Source of the DNA: a virus
Lineage: Duplodnaviria; Heunggongvirae; Uroviricota; Caudoviricetes
Strand: one strand, 5' to 3'
IMG/VR virus record: IMGVR_UViG_3300037307_000307
Length of the DNA: 64,000 nt
The notes under the pieces were generated by a model. The model made no database searches. It was not told the DNA's origin and worked only from the letters and a program-made list of their open reading frames with translations. The translations under genes were made by a program, and so were the position numbers. This document shows positions 25,024 to 34,126 of the stretch, piece after piece (position 1 is the first letter of the stretch; each line of letters begins with the position of its first letter).

Positions 25024-25790
25024 TCATATTCAAAGCAAAGCATGGCGCGTTTAGGCAAATGTCTTGTGAGGCGATGTGAGGCAAGGTAATCATATTCACT
25101 TGGCTATCTCTGGCGGGGCAGATTCAGGATAGGACAGGCCAGGCGACGTAAGGTAAGGATTTCATATTCATTGGCGCGGCTATTTTAGGCGTGGCGCGGA
25201 CTCGTCTTGTTGGGTCTGGTAATGTAGCGCTGGGCGGAGTAAGGTTTGGTTTAAGGTTTGGCAAGGAATCATATTTATGTGGTTCGTTTTGGTCGTTCAG
25301 TGCGAGGCGCAGTCAGGAATGGTGGGGCAAGGATTCATAGTCATTCGTGACGACAGGTACTATTCGGTCCCGGACTCTTTGCGACTCTTCGGAGTGGAGA
25401 GAAATGATGGTGACCACTTAACCTGTTTCAATATCATATTTATTTGGTTAGGTAAATCTCGGAGTGGGCCTTGTCGGGCGTTGTTGGGTCGGGCAGTTGT
25501 ATCGCTAGGAGGGGTTAGGTATGCTGGGCACGGTTCAAGGTTTGGCAAGGAAATTAATTTCATATTCCTTGGTCCGTTTTGGTAAGGTCAATTTTGGTGA
25601 GGCCGCGTAATGTTTGGTGCGGGATTGCGAGGTTCTGCACGGCGGGGTTTGTTGGGGCCGAAGAAGGAAAGGTTTGAGCTAAGGCAAGGAACTCAAATTC
25701 ATATTCATTTGGTACGGTCCGGAGCCGGCGAGTTTCGGTCAGGTTAGTTGAAGTACGGAAAGGTAAGGAAATCGTATTCAAACCATGTTT
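25024..25790 (+). repeat. tandem array of ~8 GC/G-rich island units (box TCATATTCAyTTGG; variable 50-125 nt GG-periodic body; 3' (A)AGGyAAGG(A)A), same family as the 5 dispersed copies at 0.4-3.2 kb
   Basis: Boxes at 25024, 25090, 25162, 25269, 25335, 25434, 25560, 25699, 25772 (spacings 66-139 nt); GGCAAGG/GGTAAGG immediately before each box; strong G-over-C strand bias; no ORF conservation. Confidence 0.65.
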
Positions 25791-25816
25791 ATAAACATCA
25801 AAACACTAATGTTTTT

Positions 25817-26401
25817 ATGAAAACATTTTGGAAACCAAAAACGAAATCAAAATCATTTTTTAATGAAAGTAAATATCCATCACGTTCAGTATCCGAAAAT
25901 AAATTAATTTCTAAACATCCCTATAAAGATTCAGATAAAGATGGTGTTATGAATTGGTATGATTGTAAACCAAAAATGAGAAAGAAACAGGACGTTATGA
26001 TGAGGCCCACGCCTAAACCTCCAATCGTGACTCAACCAGTTCCTGTGGCTCCTCCAAAGGTAAGGCCTCCACAGCCGGCACCATCAGCTCCAGTAACACC
26101 TCCTAGAGTTCCGACAATGCCTCCACAAAAAACACCTTTACCTGTTCCAAAAAATCCAGAACCAAAATATAAAGCAGTTCCTTTACCTGTAACTCCAGAA
26201 ACAAAATATAAAGTTCAACCAATGCCCGCTCAACCATTCAAAGGTGTGCCTAGAGGAAATTTACCAGGACGACAAATTCCTTTAGCTCCAAAAGGAACTC
26301 ACTGGGAAACAATCACAAGTTCAAAAGGTGGAGTTGAAAGAAAATTCAGAGTTCTCGTTGATAACACAACAGGAAAATTTGTTCCGGGATATAAAAAATG
26401 A
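25817..26401 (+). CDS. proline-rich (PxP/PVP repeats) protein; start taken at MKTFWKPK because the track N-terminus is the last array unit
   Basis: PTPKPPIVTQPVPVAPPKVRPPQPAPSAPVTPPRVPTMPPQKTPLPVPKNPEPKYKAVPLPV. Confidence 0.45.
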   Translation: MKTFWKPKTKSKSFFNESKYPSRSVSENKLISKHPYKDSDKDGVMNWYDCKPKMRKKQDVMMRPTPKPPIVTQPVPVAPPKVRPPQPAPSAPVTPPRVPTMPPQKTPLPVPKNPEPKYKAVPLPVTPETKYKVQPMPAQPFKGVPRGNLPGRQIPLAPKGTHWETITSSKGGVERKFRVLVDNTTGKFVPGYKK

Positions 26402-26762
26402 GCCACAAAACATTTGAATTTTATTATGAAAAAGAAAGTCCTTTTAAGAAAGGAAAATATTATTCTCCAGGTTCTATAAAAGACTTATATCCTAAAAAAA
26501 ATAAAAATAAATCCTCTAAAAATATAAAAATTAAAAACATTTATAAAGTTCTTTCACAATTGTAATTTGATGAAAATGAAAAATGATTTAATTCTGAAGA
26601 GAAATAGAAAGTTGAAAGGAGGCATAACAAATGGCAGATAATAATTCCGAGGAAGCTAAAAAGAAAAAATCGAAAAAGAAAGGAAAAACTTTAGGCGACC
26701 CAGTTGTTCAATTAGAACAATAGTTAAACCATATTTATAAAGTCGAATTCACTCTTGGTATT

Positions 26763-26963
26763 ATGCACAAACATAAACTAAAACCAGGGTGTTTCCCTTA
26801 TGAATGTGAAGAGAAAGAACTTACAAGAAAGCGCCAGGAGTATGCTGAAGATGTTCTGGAAGACTATGACGAACATGCAGCACGTGTTGTAACAAAACAC
26901 AAAGTAAATCCAAAGGTGAAGAATGTAAGTTTATGGACACTTCACGGTAAAAGACCAAGATAA
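26763..26963 (+). CDS. hypothetical protein
   Basis: 66-aa ORF with CFPYEC. Confidence 0.35.
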   Translation: MHKHKLKPGCFPYECEEKELTRKRQEYAEDVLEDYDEHAARVVTKHKVNPKVKNVSLWTLHGKRPR

Positions 26964-27011
26964 TAATTCATTCTGATTTCGATTATTATATATATTTAGT
27001 TAGATATTGAT

Positions 27012-27614
27012 ATGACAGAGAAACAATATATTTGTAAAGTATGTGGATATGAATGGAATACTAAAACTTCCATGGGTAGTAAAAAACCCAAAATGTGCGC
27101 TAATCGTAAATGCAGGTCTATTTTATGGAATAGAGGGTTGGCTGATTGTAGATTTTATGTAAATAAAAGGTACCAACAACAACCTATAAAAGCGAGATAT
27201 CTAAAAAATGGTTGTTTTATTGCATTAGGAAATCCTAGAAGTAAAGGACAAAATTATCATTCAATTAGAAGAGATGGAAAATCATGGCTTCTTCATAGAT
27301 GGATTTTTTATATTAATCATGGTTATGCCCCTATTAGTGAAGTAATGCACATATGTAATAATACAGATTGTATAAATCCTTTACATCTCAAAGCGGGCAC
27401 TCGTGAAGAAAATGAAGCTCATAAAATTATTTCTGGAAGAAGCTTAAAAGGAGAAAAAAATCCAATGTCAAAATTATCTTTTAGAGATGTCTCTAAAATA
27501 AAAAATTTATTATATAATTGTAAACGAGGGGATATTATTAAACTTGCAAAAGAATATGATGTATCTTCTGCTACAATTTCATTAATTAAATATGGAAAAA
27601 ATTGGAATGGATAA
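27012..27614 (+). CDS. HNH homing endonuclease (HNH_3-like) with N-terminal zinc ribbon and C-terminal HTH-like tail
   Basis: CKVCGYEW...C; WLLHRWIFYINHGYAPISEVMHICNNTDCINPLHLKAGTREENEAHK (H..H...N..C.NP.HL....EN). Confidence 0.6.
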   Translation: MTEKQYICKVCGYEWNTKTSMGSKKPKMCANRKCRSILWNRGLADCRFYVNKRYQQQPIKARYLKNGCFIALGNPRSKGQNYHSIRRDGKSWLLHRWIFYINHGYAPISEVMHICNNTDCINPLHLKAGTREENEAHKIISGRSLKGEKNPMSKLSFRDVSKIKNLLYNCKRGDIIKLAKEYDVSSATISLIKYGKNWNG

Positions 27615-28416
27615 AATAAAAAAAGTCGGAGATTTTCCTACAAATAGTCGTATACATATAAAATATCAAGAAGGAGATAAACCTAAAATTGATTTTGAAT
27701 ATCCAGATAATAAAAGACAAATAAAAGATTTATGGAAGAGTTCCGGTATAGGACTTCCTGCCATTATACTTTCTATTATCACTGTTATGATTTTATCTAT
27801 GATTTGGATGCTAAATATGCCAGCAGACTATCCAAAGAATTGTGATGGAACTATACTTACATCAAACACCACATTTGAAACTACAGGGATTAATTTATTC
27901 TGTGACAATATAACACGATATTATTTCTTCTCTTATGAGAGAACAATGTATGGATACAATTGGGTTATTGATGGACCAGAGACTAGAGTTATGCCATTTA
28001 AAGTATTAATATTTGGAGTTGTAGTAGTCATTCTGTACCTGTTATTTATTCTTATATATGGTAAAATATTTTCATTCTTTGTTAGAAAAACAGAATGGGG
28101 AAAGAATAAATATCCTCTATGGAATAAACATATTCACAATAAACATTGGCAAGCAATGTTCACAGAATGTCCTGATTCATTAAAAATAGAGATTCCATTA
28201 TTCTCAAATATATATCTAGATTATGAAGCGGAAGAAGAATTCGCAGATTATTTAACTGAAGTCGAAATAAAAGAACACGATGTAAAATATATCAAAACAA
28301 AGAAAGGTTTGTTCAAAAGAAAGAAAGAACTTATTCCAAATGTTTATCTATGGAAAGCTATATTTACATTCAAGAAGAAACCAACCAAGGGTTTTCTTAA
28401 AGTGGAGTTTACATGA
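27592..28416 (+). CDS. membrane protein
   Basis: LPAIILSIITVMILSMIWML and VLIFGVVVVILYLLFILIYG helices. Confidence 0.4.
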   Translation: MEKIGMDKIKKVGDFPTNSRIHIKYQEGDKPKIDFEYPDNKRQIKDLWKSSGIGLPAIILSIITVMILSMIWMLNMPADYPKNCDGTILTSNTTFETTGINLFCDNITRYYFFSYERTMYGYNWVIDGPETRVMPFKVLIFGVVVVILYLLFILIYGKIFSFFVRKTEWGKNKYPLWNKHIHNKHWQAMFTECPDSLKIEIPLFSNIYLDYEAEEEFADYLTEVEIKEHDVKYIKTKKGLFKRKKELIPNVYLWKAIFTFKKKPTKGFLKVEFT

Positions 28417-28784
28417 TAGAAGAGAATGAAATATGTTCATGTGGTCATGGAAAGATGTATCACGTAATGGAAAGAAAGAATAAATTATGTAATTTCATTG
28501 GATGCAGATGTCCAAACTATAATATAAATAAGAAGAAAAAGAAGTCAGATACTTTCTTAGGGGCGTTCACTTACACTGAAGATGAGATATGTAAATGTAG
28601 ACATGGAATATGGGACCATGGTTGGAATAATAAGAAAGAGTGCGGTCATTATGTTTTGAAATCTGGAGAGTGGGAGAGATGTTCTTGTAAAAAATTCGTA
28701 TCTAAAGTAAAAACAAACAGGAGGTTAAATAAATGGAAGAAGAAAAAGACTACAAAATCTGTTCCACGTGTAAAAAGAAGATAG
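28413..28784 (+). CDS. Cys/His-rich zinc-binding protein
   Basis: CSCGHGKMYH...CRCPNY...CKCRHGIWDHGW...CGHYV...CSCKKF. Confidence 0.4.
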   Translation: MIEENEICSCGHGKMYHVMERKNKLCNFIGCRCPNYNINKKKKKSDTFLGAFTYTEDEICKCRHGIWDHGWNNKKECGHYVLKSGEWERCSCKKFVSKVKTNRRLNKWKKKKTTKSVPRVKRR

Positions 28785-29134
28785 GATTTTTTAGAAAGAG
28801 GGCTGCTAAAAAGCAAGACAAGTCTGGAAAGTTTCCTATAATTCAATCACAGTTTTGTTCTCCTAAATGTGCTTACATAGGCTATCAAATATTTTTAGAA
28901 ATCAATGATGTCAAGAATCGTGAAAGAGCAAGAGCTTGCAAAATAATTGATTCAGCATTAGAACATATATCTCATAAGAGAGTTACTATGTTAAGAAAGT
29001 ATGGTTCTGTTGACAATGTTCCTGCACATGAATTACCATTATTATATTCTGGAGCATATAATTTACTAGAAATGATAAAGGAGCAAATAGAGAATGGGAG
29101 TAAGAAGAAAGCAAGTAAACAAAGAAATTCGTAA
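28733..29134 (+). CDS. zinc-ribbon protein
   Basis: CSTCKKK...CSPKCAY. Confidence 0.4.
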   Translation: MEEEKDYKICSTCKKKIGFFRKRAAKKQDKSGKFPIIQSQFCSPKCAYIGYQIFLEINDVKNRERARACKIIDSALEHISHKRVTMLRKYGSVDNVPAHELPLLYSGAYNLLEMIKEQIENGSKKKASKQRNS

Positions 29135-29435
29135 AGATATCGCCGAATATTGGAACGATAGTAAAAAACTAGAAATAGTAAAAGGTATGAGAGGAAAAAT
29201 ACAACATTATTACCAATCATTTGAAAAAATTCAGGATGAAAAGGTTCAAAGATGGGCTCACAGAATGGTTCCTAAATTAGAACTTCATGCTGATAGACAA
29301 GACATAAAAAGGTCAATAAGAAGATTCATGTTTAAAGAAACACTGATACATTTAAATCTACAAAAGTATTATCCAGAATTATTCGAAGATGAAAAAGAAA
29401 AAAATAATGAAGAAGTTAAACAAACAATTAGTTGA
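29094..29435 (+). CDS. hypothetical charged protein
   Basis: 113-aa ORF. Confidence 0.35.
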   Translation: MGVRRKQVNKEIRKDIAEYWNDSKKLEIVKGMRGKIQHYYQSFEKIQDEKVQRWAHRMVPKLELHADRQDIKRSIRRFMFKETLIHLNLQKYYPELFEDEKEKNNEEVKQTIS

Positions 29436-29649
29436 AATAGATGACGAGATAAAAGAAGAAATGACTAAGAATCAAATTGCTAGATTGTTCACTATTAGAG
29501 TATGTAAACATTTCACTTCAGCCGTTGAAATGGATAAAGAAGACTTCTTCAAATATCTTCAAGAGGCAAATAATGAAATGAAAGTATATATAGAAAATGA
29601 AATGAAAAAGGAAAATGAAAATGAAAACAAAAATAGAAATAGAAAATGA
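29389..29649 (+). CDS. hypothetical protein
   Basis: 86-aa ORF. Confidence 0.3.
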   Translation: MKKKKIMKKLNKQLVEIDDEIKEEMTKNQIARLFTIRVCKHFTSAVEMDKEDFFKYLQEANNEMKVYIENEMKKENENENKNRNRK

Positions 29650-29875
29650 GATAAAGAAATTGCGAGATAAGTATTATAGAGGTATACCTTGCGGTAAAAA
29701 TCATTCTAACTGGTATCGTGATTCTGAAAATAAATTATGTAAAAGAGAGATACCTTGTGATTTTGAAAATATGTGTGGAACATGTAAAGCGTATCTTACT
29801 CAAAGAATAGAAAGAAGATTAATCAATCAATTGAATTGGGTCCTGGAGGGAGAAGATGAAACCAAAGGAAACTGA
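29615..29875 (+). CDS. zinc-binding protein
   Basis: CGKNHSNWY...CKREIPCDFENMCGTCKAY. Confidence 0.35.
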   Translation: MKMKTKIEIENEIKKLRDKYYRGIPCGKNHSNWYRDSENKLCKREIPCDFENMCGTCKAYLTQRIERRLINQLNWVLEGEDETKGN

Positions 29876-30365
29876 CGAGATTTGTGATAAATGTAAAGAT
29901 AGACTTGCTAAATATAAATGCATGGGATGTGAATGTGCAATATGTCAAGGATGTTCACATTTATTTAGACTTGAGATGTATACTTTAGATTTTGATAATG
30001 ATATCAAGAATAGTGAGATTCAGGCGCAAAGTCTGGCATATCGCAGTTTCTTTTCATCAGGACTAGGAAGAGAAAAAACTTCCAAACCAACATCTGTTGG
30101 AGTAACTGATTGGGCTATATGTGCAAACTGTAGAAAAGGATTGAATAAAAAGAATGCTATAGATGAAATACAAAGTTCTGAAGAATTTAAAAAATTTGTA
30201 GATAAAGTAAGAAAGGTGAGCCTAGCTTCTACAATAATATCTGGATTAGAGGAAAGTGAAGTTAAGGCCGATGTCGATAATAAAACATATATTCCTAATT
30301 CTTTTCTAAATAAATATTCAAACAAGAAAAGAACATTATTTGGAAAACTTTTAGGGACCAAATAA
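29856..30365 (+). CDS. zinc-finger (B-box/treble-clef-like) protein
   Basis: CDKCKDRLAKYKCMGCECAICQGCSH ... CANCRK. Confidence 0.4.
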   Translation: MKPKETDEICDKCKDRLAKYKCMGCECAICQGCSHLFRLEMYTLDFDNDIKNSEIQAQSLAYRSFFSSGLGREKTSKPTSVGVTDWAICANCRKGLNKKNAIDEIQSSEEFKKFVDKVRKVSLASTIISGLEESEVKADVDNKTYIPNSFLNKYSNKKRTLFGKLLGTK

Positions 30366-30433
30366 AAGCAAAGGTATATATACCACCTAAACAGTATTAT
30401 TTAGTCCTGTATGGATTAGCGAGATATATAGAT

Positions 30434-31423
30434 ATGGAAACTGATAAAAATCAGAATAAGATGATGGGTAGAATTATAGCTTCTATACTAATAGCATTTC
30501 TGACTGTGTTAATTACACATATTAAATTAGGAATCGGTTATTATGGATTAATGGATATGATGGGTTCTACCTGGGCATATCTAGCTTTACTTGCTGCCAT
30601 ATTTCTAGCTTCATTTGTTGCGATGTTTTCTCTTATAAGAAGTAGTCCCAAGATAAAAATAGAAATATCAGATGAAGAAAAAAAGAAAAGAAGAGAGGGA
30701 CGTATAGATATAATATTATTAGCAGTAGATTTATTGATGACTGGTACATTCGTGAAATTGAACTGGGAACAATTAAATGCCGCTGGATTATTCTTAGCAG
30801 TGGCCCAAGTAGCTGCATTTTTTGCTATCGTATGGATGATATTCCAATTCTTTAATCGTTTCAAATTCTTTCCAGAAAGAATATTCAAATTTGTATTTGA
30901 TTTTATAGTAACTGTGTGTATTCCAATGTTATTCTTGCTTGTAATATTATTAGGAGCATATCAAGCTAAATATGGATATGATGATATTTTTAGGTCACAA
31001 ATAAGTGCAAATGCTGATAAATTCGCGAATGTAATGAGAGATGCTTATGAAAAATTAATAACAGCATTTTATGATATAGGACAGTCAAATCCAAATTTAT
31101 GGATATGGTTGCCAATAGCAGCATTCTTTGTTATGACTCTTATATTATTATATACAACTTTCACTCGACCTATAAAGAAAGAAGAAGACAAAAGTGCACA
31201 AGAAATAATAAATGAAGCCATTAAAGAGGATATTGAAGAGAATGAATATGAAACAGGTAAGAAACAAAGAAGCCCAGCACAACGCTTTTTCAAAAGAATA
31301 AATGATTTTATGAAATCAAAGAAAGAGAAAGAAAAGGAAGAACAAGAAAAAATAGCTGAAAAGAATGCCGTATATAATATATACGATATCACACTTACAA
31401 AAATGAAAGGAGGTAAAGGATAA
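30434..31423 (+). CDS. polytopic membrane protein (first gene of membrane-acidic-SPFH module)
   Basis: At least 6 hydrophobic helices; KKKRREGR loop; stop overlaps next ATG (TAATG). Confidence 0.5.
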   Translation: METDKNQNKMMGRIIASILIAFLTVLITHIKLGIGYYGLMDMMGSTWAYLALLAAIFLASFVAMFSLIRSSPKIKIEISDEEKKKRREGRIDIILLAVDLLMTGTFVKLNWEQLNAAGLFLAVAQVAAFFAIVWMIFQFFNRFKFFPERIFKFVFDFIVTVCIPMLFLLVILLGAYQAKYGYDDIFRSQISANADKFANVMRDAYEKLITAFYDIGQSNPNLWIWLPIAAFFVMTLILLYTTFTRPIKKEEDKSAQEIINEAIKEDIEENEYETGKKQRSPAQRFFKRINDFMKSKKEKEKEEQEKIAEKNAVYNIYDITLTKMKGGKG

Positions 31424-31626
31424 TGATTACGGTCGTGTACATAGACGGTACAAGTGACGAATTTAAGTCAAGTAGTTACCTTTTCACAGACTTTGAAGAA
31501 TCAGATGATTGGATTTCTATAAAAGAAAATACTCGAGATTCTGATGATGATGAGTATGACAGTGATGAGGATAAAACTATCGCTGAGATTCGAAGAGACC
31601 AAATCAGAAAAATACAATATGATTGA
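31423..31626 (+). CDS. small highly acidic protein
   Basis: MITVVYIDGTSDEFKSSSYLFTDFEESDDWISIKENTRDSDDDEYDSDED; stop overlaps SPFH start (ATGATTGA). Confidence 0.4.
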   Translation: MITVVYIDGTSDEFKSSSYLFTDFEESDDWISIKENTRDSDDDEYDSDEDKTIAEIRRDQIRKIQYD

Positions 31627-32482
31627 ATTAGTATTATTAGTAATTTTAGGATTTGTAGTTCTATTTCTATTATCTGGAATAAGAATTATAAGACCTACTC
31701 AAAGAGGCCTAGTGGAAACACTTGGTAGATATACTAGCTTTAGAACTCCTGGTTTTAACTTTATAATACCTATATTTCAAAGTATGACTAAAGTTAATAT
31801 TACAGAACAGATGACTGACATTGAGCCTCAAGAAATAATTACAAAGGACAACCTTAACGCAAAAGTTGACCTTGTCGTATATTTCAAGATAAAAGCAGAT
31901 GAACAGAATGTATGTAATTCAGAATATAAAGTACAAAACGTATATTCTCAGATTGATACTCTAGCTAGAACAACTGCAAGAAATGTCATTGGAACTATGG
32001 CATTCAGAGATGTGAATAGTAAGAGAAACGAATTGAATGACAAACTCAAGACGATTCTTATTAAAGAAACTAGAGATTGGGGAGTTGAAGTTCTTAAAGT
32101 GGAAATGAAAGAAATTGTTCCACCAAAGGATGTTCAAGATACAATGAACAAGGTTATTAAAGCTGAAAATGAAAAAGATGCAGCAATCGACTTCGCAACT
32201 GCAAGGGAAACTGAAGCAGACGGTAAGAAGAGAGCAGCAATCAAAGAAGCAGAAGGACTTGCTCAAGGTAAAATTATAGTTGCTAAAGCAGAAGCTGAAA
32301 GAATAAAGTTGGTCAACGAATCAGCTAATAAATATTTCAAAGGTAATGCACAATTACTTAGAAAATATGATGTAACTGAAAACTCTTTGAAGGATAATGC
32401 AAAAATTATTCTAACAGAGAAAGGTGTCAATCCTCAACTAATAGTTGGAGAATTACCGCTTAAGAGGTCAACAGAAGCCTAA
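31619..32482 (+). CDS. SPFH/band-7 (stomatin/prohibitin-like) membrane protein
   Basis: N-terminal TM IELVLLVILGFVVLFLLSGI; RIIRPTQRGLVETLGRYTSFRTPGFNFIIP...DVQDTMNKVIKAENEKDAAIDFATARETEADGKKRAAIKEAEG matches SPFH core plus the Ala/Glu coiled-coil tail. Confidence 0.65.
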   Translation: MIELVLLVILGFVVLFLLSGIRIIRPTQRGLVETLGRYTSFRTPGFNFIIPIFQSMTKVNITEQMTDIEPQEIITKDNLNAKVDLVVYFKIKADEQNVCNSEYKVQNVYSQIDTLARTTARNVIGTMAFRDVNSKRNELNDKLKTILIKETRDWGVEVLKVEMKEIVPPKDVQDTMNKVIKAENEKDAAIDFATARETEADGKKRAAIKEAEGLAQGKIIVAKAEAERIKLVNESANKYFKGNAQLLRKYDVTENSLKDNAKIILTEKGVNPQLIVGELPLKRSTEA

Positions 32483-32528
32483 ACAAAAGATTTATTATTT
32501 TTATTTTATTTAATTTCTGTGTGGCAAG

Positions 32529-32795
32529 ATGCTGCCGAGATATAGCATCGGAGAAATAATGAGAAAGTTAACAAACAAACAGATAGATAAAGAGATAGCA
32601 CTCGAATTAGAGAATGAGTTTACTAAAAAGGATTTGATAAAACTACTTGTAGGTTTTAATAGAAATCATATAGATTTAACAAAATGGCTTTATGATAATC
32701 ATTTAGAGATATTAAGAGAATATGAAAAGAGTAAAGGTGATACAAAAATATATTTTGTTGGAGGCAAAAATGTTCGGAAGAAAGAAAAAAGATAA
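32529..32795 (+). CDS. hypothetical protein
   Basis: 88-aa ORF. Confidence 0.35.
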   Translation: MLPRYSIGEIMRKLTNKQIDKEIALELENEFTKKDLIKLLVGFNRNHIDLTKWLYDNHLEILREYEKSKGDTKIYFVGGKNVRKKEKR

Positions 32796-32946
32796 AATCA
32801 ATCGTTGGAAAGTTACAATTCAAAAACAAAGTAGAACATTTAAGAGTGAAGACTCTGCTAGGGAATGGGCTAACAAACTCGGTAAGACGGATATTAATTA
32901 TATTGATGTTAAGGGCGTGTTCGTGGAGGACGAAGATTTTCCATAA
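32770..32946 (+). CDS. small basic protein (start at MFGRKKK after GGAGG)
   Basis: ttggaggcaaaaATG; track ORF 32722..32946 trimmed to this Met. Confidence 0.3.
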   Translation: MFGRKKKDKINRWKVTIQKQSRTFKSEDSAREWANKLGKTDINYIDVKGVFVEDEDFP

Positions 32947-33188
32947 TGGTACAAAAGATAGTTAGAACTTGGCTTGTAGTGGATGTAAGAACTGGAAATT
33001 GCAGATGTGTTAAGAAGATAAGGCCTTTATCGAAGGCGACTGAACTTGCGATAGATTTGAAATTGAATATAGATGTTCCAGAACAACCAGTGTTGAAAGC
33101 AGAAGGTAATATCACATTAAGTAAAACACAATTAAATAATATGGTAATAGAAGGACTTACTGACCAATCACAGGAGGAAGTGAAATGA
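32946..33188 (+). CDS. hypothetical protein
   Basis: 80-aa ORF coupled at both ends. Confidence 0.35.
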   Translation: MVQKIVRTWLVVDVRTGNCRCVKKIRPLSKATELAIDLKLNIDVPEQPVLKAEGNITLSKTQLNNMVIEGLTDQSQEEVK

Positions 33189-34126
33189 AGAATAAGATAT
33201 ACTTTGCCGGTAAGATAGGATTTAATGATTGGAGACATGATATAGTCGGTATGGGATTGAGAAATGCCGGACAATGGAATAGAGATGTTTGGCAATCCGA
33301 TGGACCAGATTATATAAATTTAGACAATGGTGATATATATTGTGGTCCATTTTTTGTTTCAGATGACCATGGTTGTGGTCACGGACCAAATTCACATGGC
33401 ACTGGAAATGAAAATACAAATTGTTTCACTCCTCCAAGTAGAAAAGAAGTATTCAATAGATGTATAAAACAAATAAGTGAAAGCGACTATGTATTTTGTT
33501 GGCTTAGTTCTAAAGAAGCATATGGCACATTATTTGAATTAGGCGTGGCCTTTGAAAAGAAAAAGAAAATATTTCTAGCAATAGATGAAAGTCTGAGAAA
33601 AACAGATGATAAGAGTTTGAAAGAAGCAAATGATTTTTGGTTTTCTCGAATTGGATGCTGGTATACAGAATATTATAATAATCACTATGAAGCATGGAAT
33701 AAATTTTTAGAATTAACAAATCCTAATTTTGAATCCGAGAAAAAGGACTTTGATAAATTAATGAGCACTCTCAAAGAATATGAAAAAGACGATTATATAG
33801 AATTGGCCAAGCGACAGCCAATGTCAAAAGTTATAACATATTTTAAAAGAAATAAAGACCATGTTAATTATTTAAAAGAAATGTATGATGGAAAATGTCA
33901 AGTTAAAAATTGTGGATATACTTTTAAGAAAAGTAATGGAGATAATTATTGTGAAACACATCATCTATTAGAACTGTTCAAATATAGAATAGACGACCCG
34001 AAAGTAATGGTATGTGTTTGTCCAAATCATCACAAACTTTTGCATTTTGGAACAGATGAAGAGAAATCTAAATTAGAGTTTGAATACAAGGATGAGCATT
34101 TAAAATTATTAGAGGTGTATAAATGA
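33185..34126 (+). CDS. fusion of nucleoside 2-deoxyribosyltransferase/DNPH1-like domain with C-terminal HNH nuclease
   Basis: KIYFAGKIGF...YVFCWLSSKEAYGTLFELGVAFEKKKKIFLAIDE (NDT-like YFAG + GT.FE.G.A...K signature); CGYTFKKSNGDNYCETHHLLELFKY...CVCPNHHKLLHFG HNH. Confidence 0.5.
   Translation: MKNKIYFAGKIGFNDWRHDIVGMGLRNAGQWNRDVWQSDGPDYINLDNGDIYCGPFFVSDDHGCGHGPNSHGTGNENTNCFTPPSRKEVFNRCIKQISESDYVFCWLSSKEAYGTLFELGVAFEKKKKIFLAIDESLRKTDDKSLKEANDFWFSRIGCWYTEYYNNHYEAWNKFLELTNPNFESEKKDFDKLMSTLKEYEKDDYIELAKRQPMSKVITYFKRNKDHVNYLKEMYDGKCQVKNCGYTFKKSNGDNYCETHHLLELFKYRIDDPKVMVCVCPNHHKLLHFGTDEEKSKLEFEYKDEHLKLLEVYK

Noticed and set aside
25277-25781. ORF-track ORFs inside the array (25277..25585 +, 25360..25563 -, 25560..25781 -)
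   Set aside because: Their composition (Gly/Arg/Trp-rich) is driven by the G-rich repeat, they have no SD or start context, and they span repeat boundaries. They are spurious.
24950-25800. CRISPR array interpretation of the tandem G-rich units
   Set aside because: The repeats are short (~14-20 nt) and degenerate. The spacers vary from 50 to 125 nt and are all compositionally G-rich and C-poor, unlike the surrounding genome. There are no cas genes or leader-like AT-rich sequence. The same termini occur as single dispersed copies fused to gene starts.
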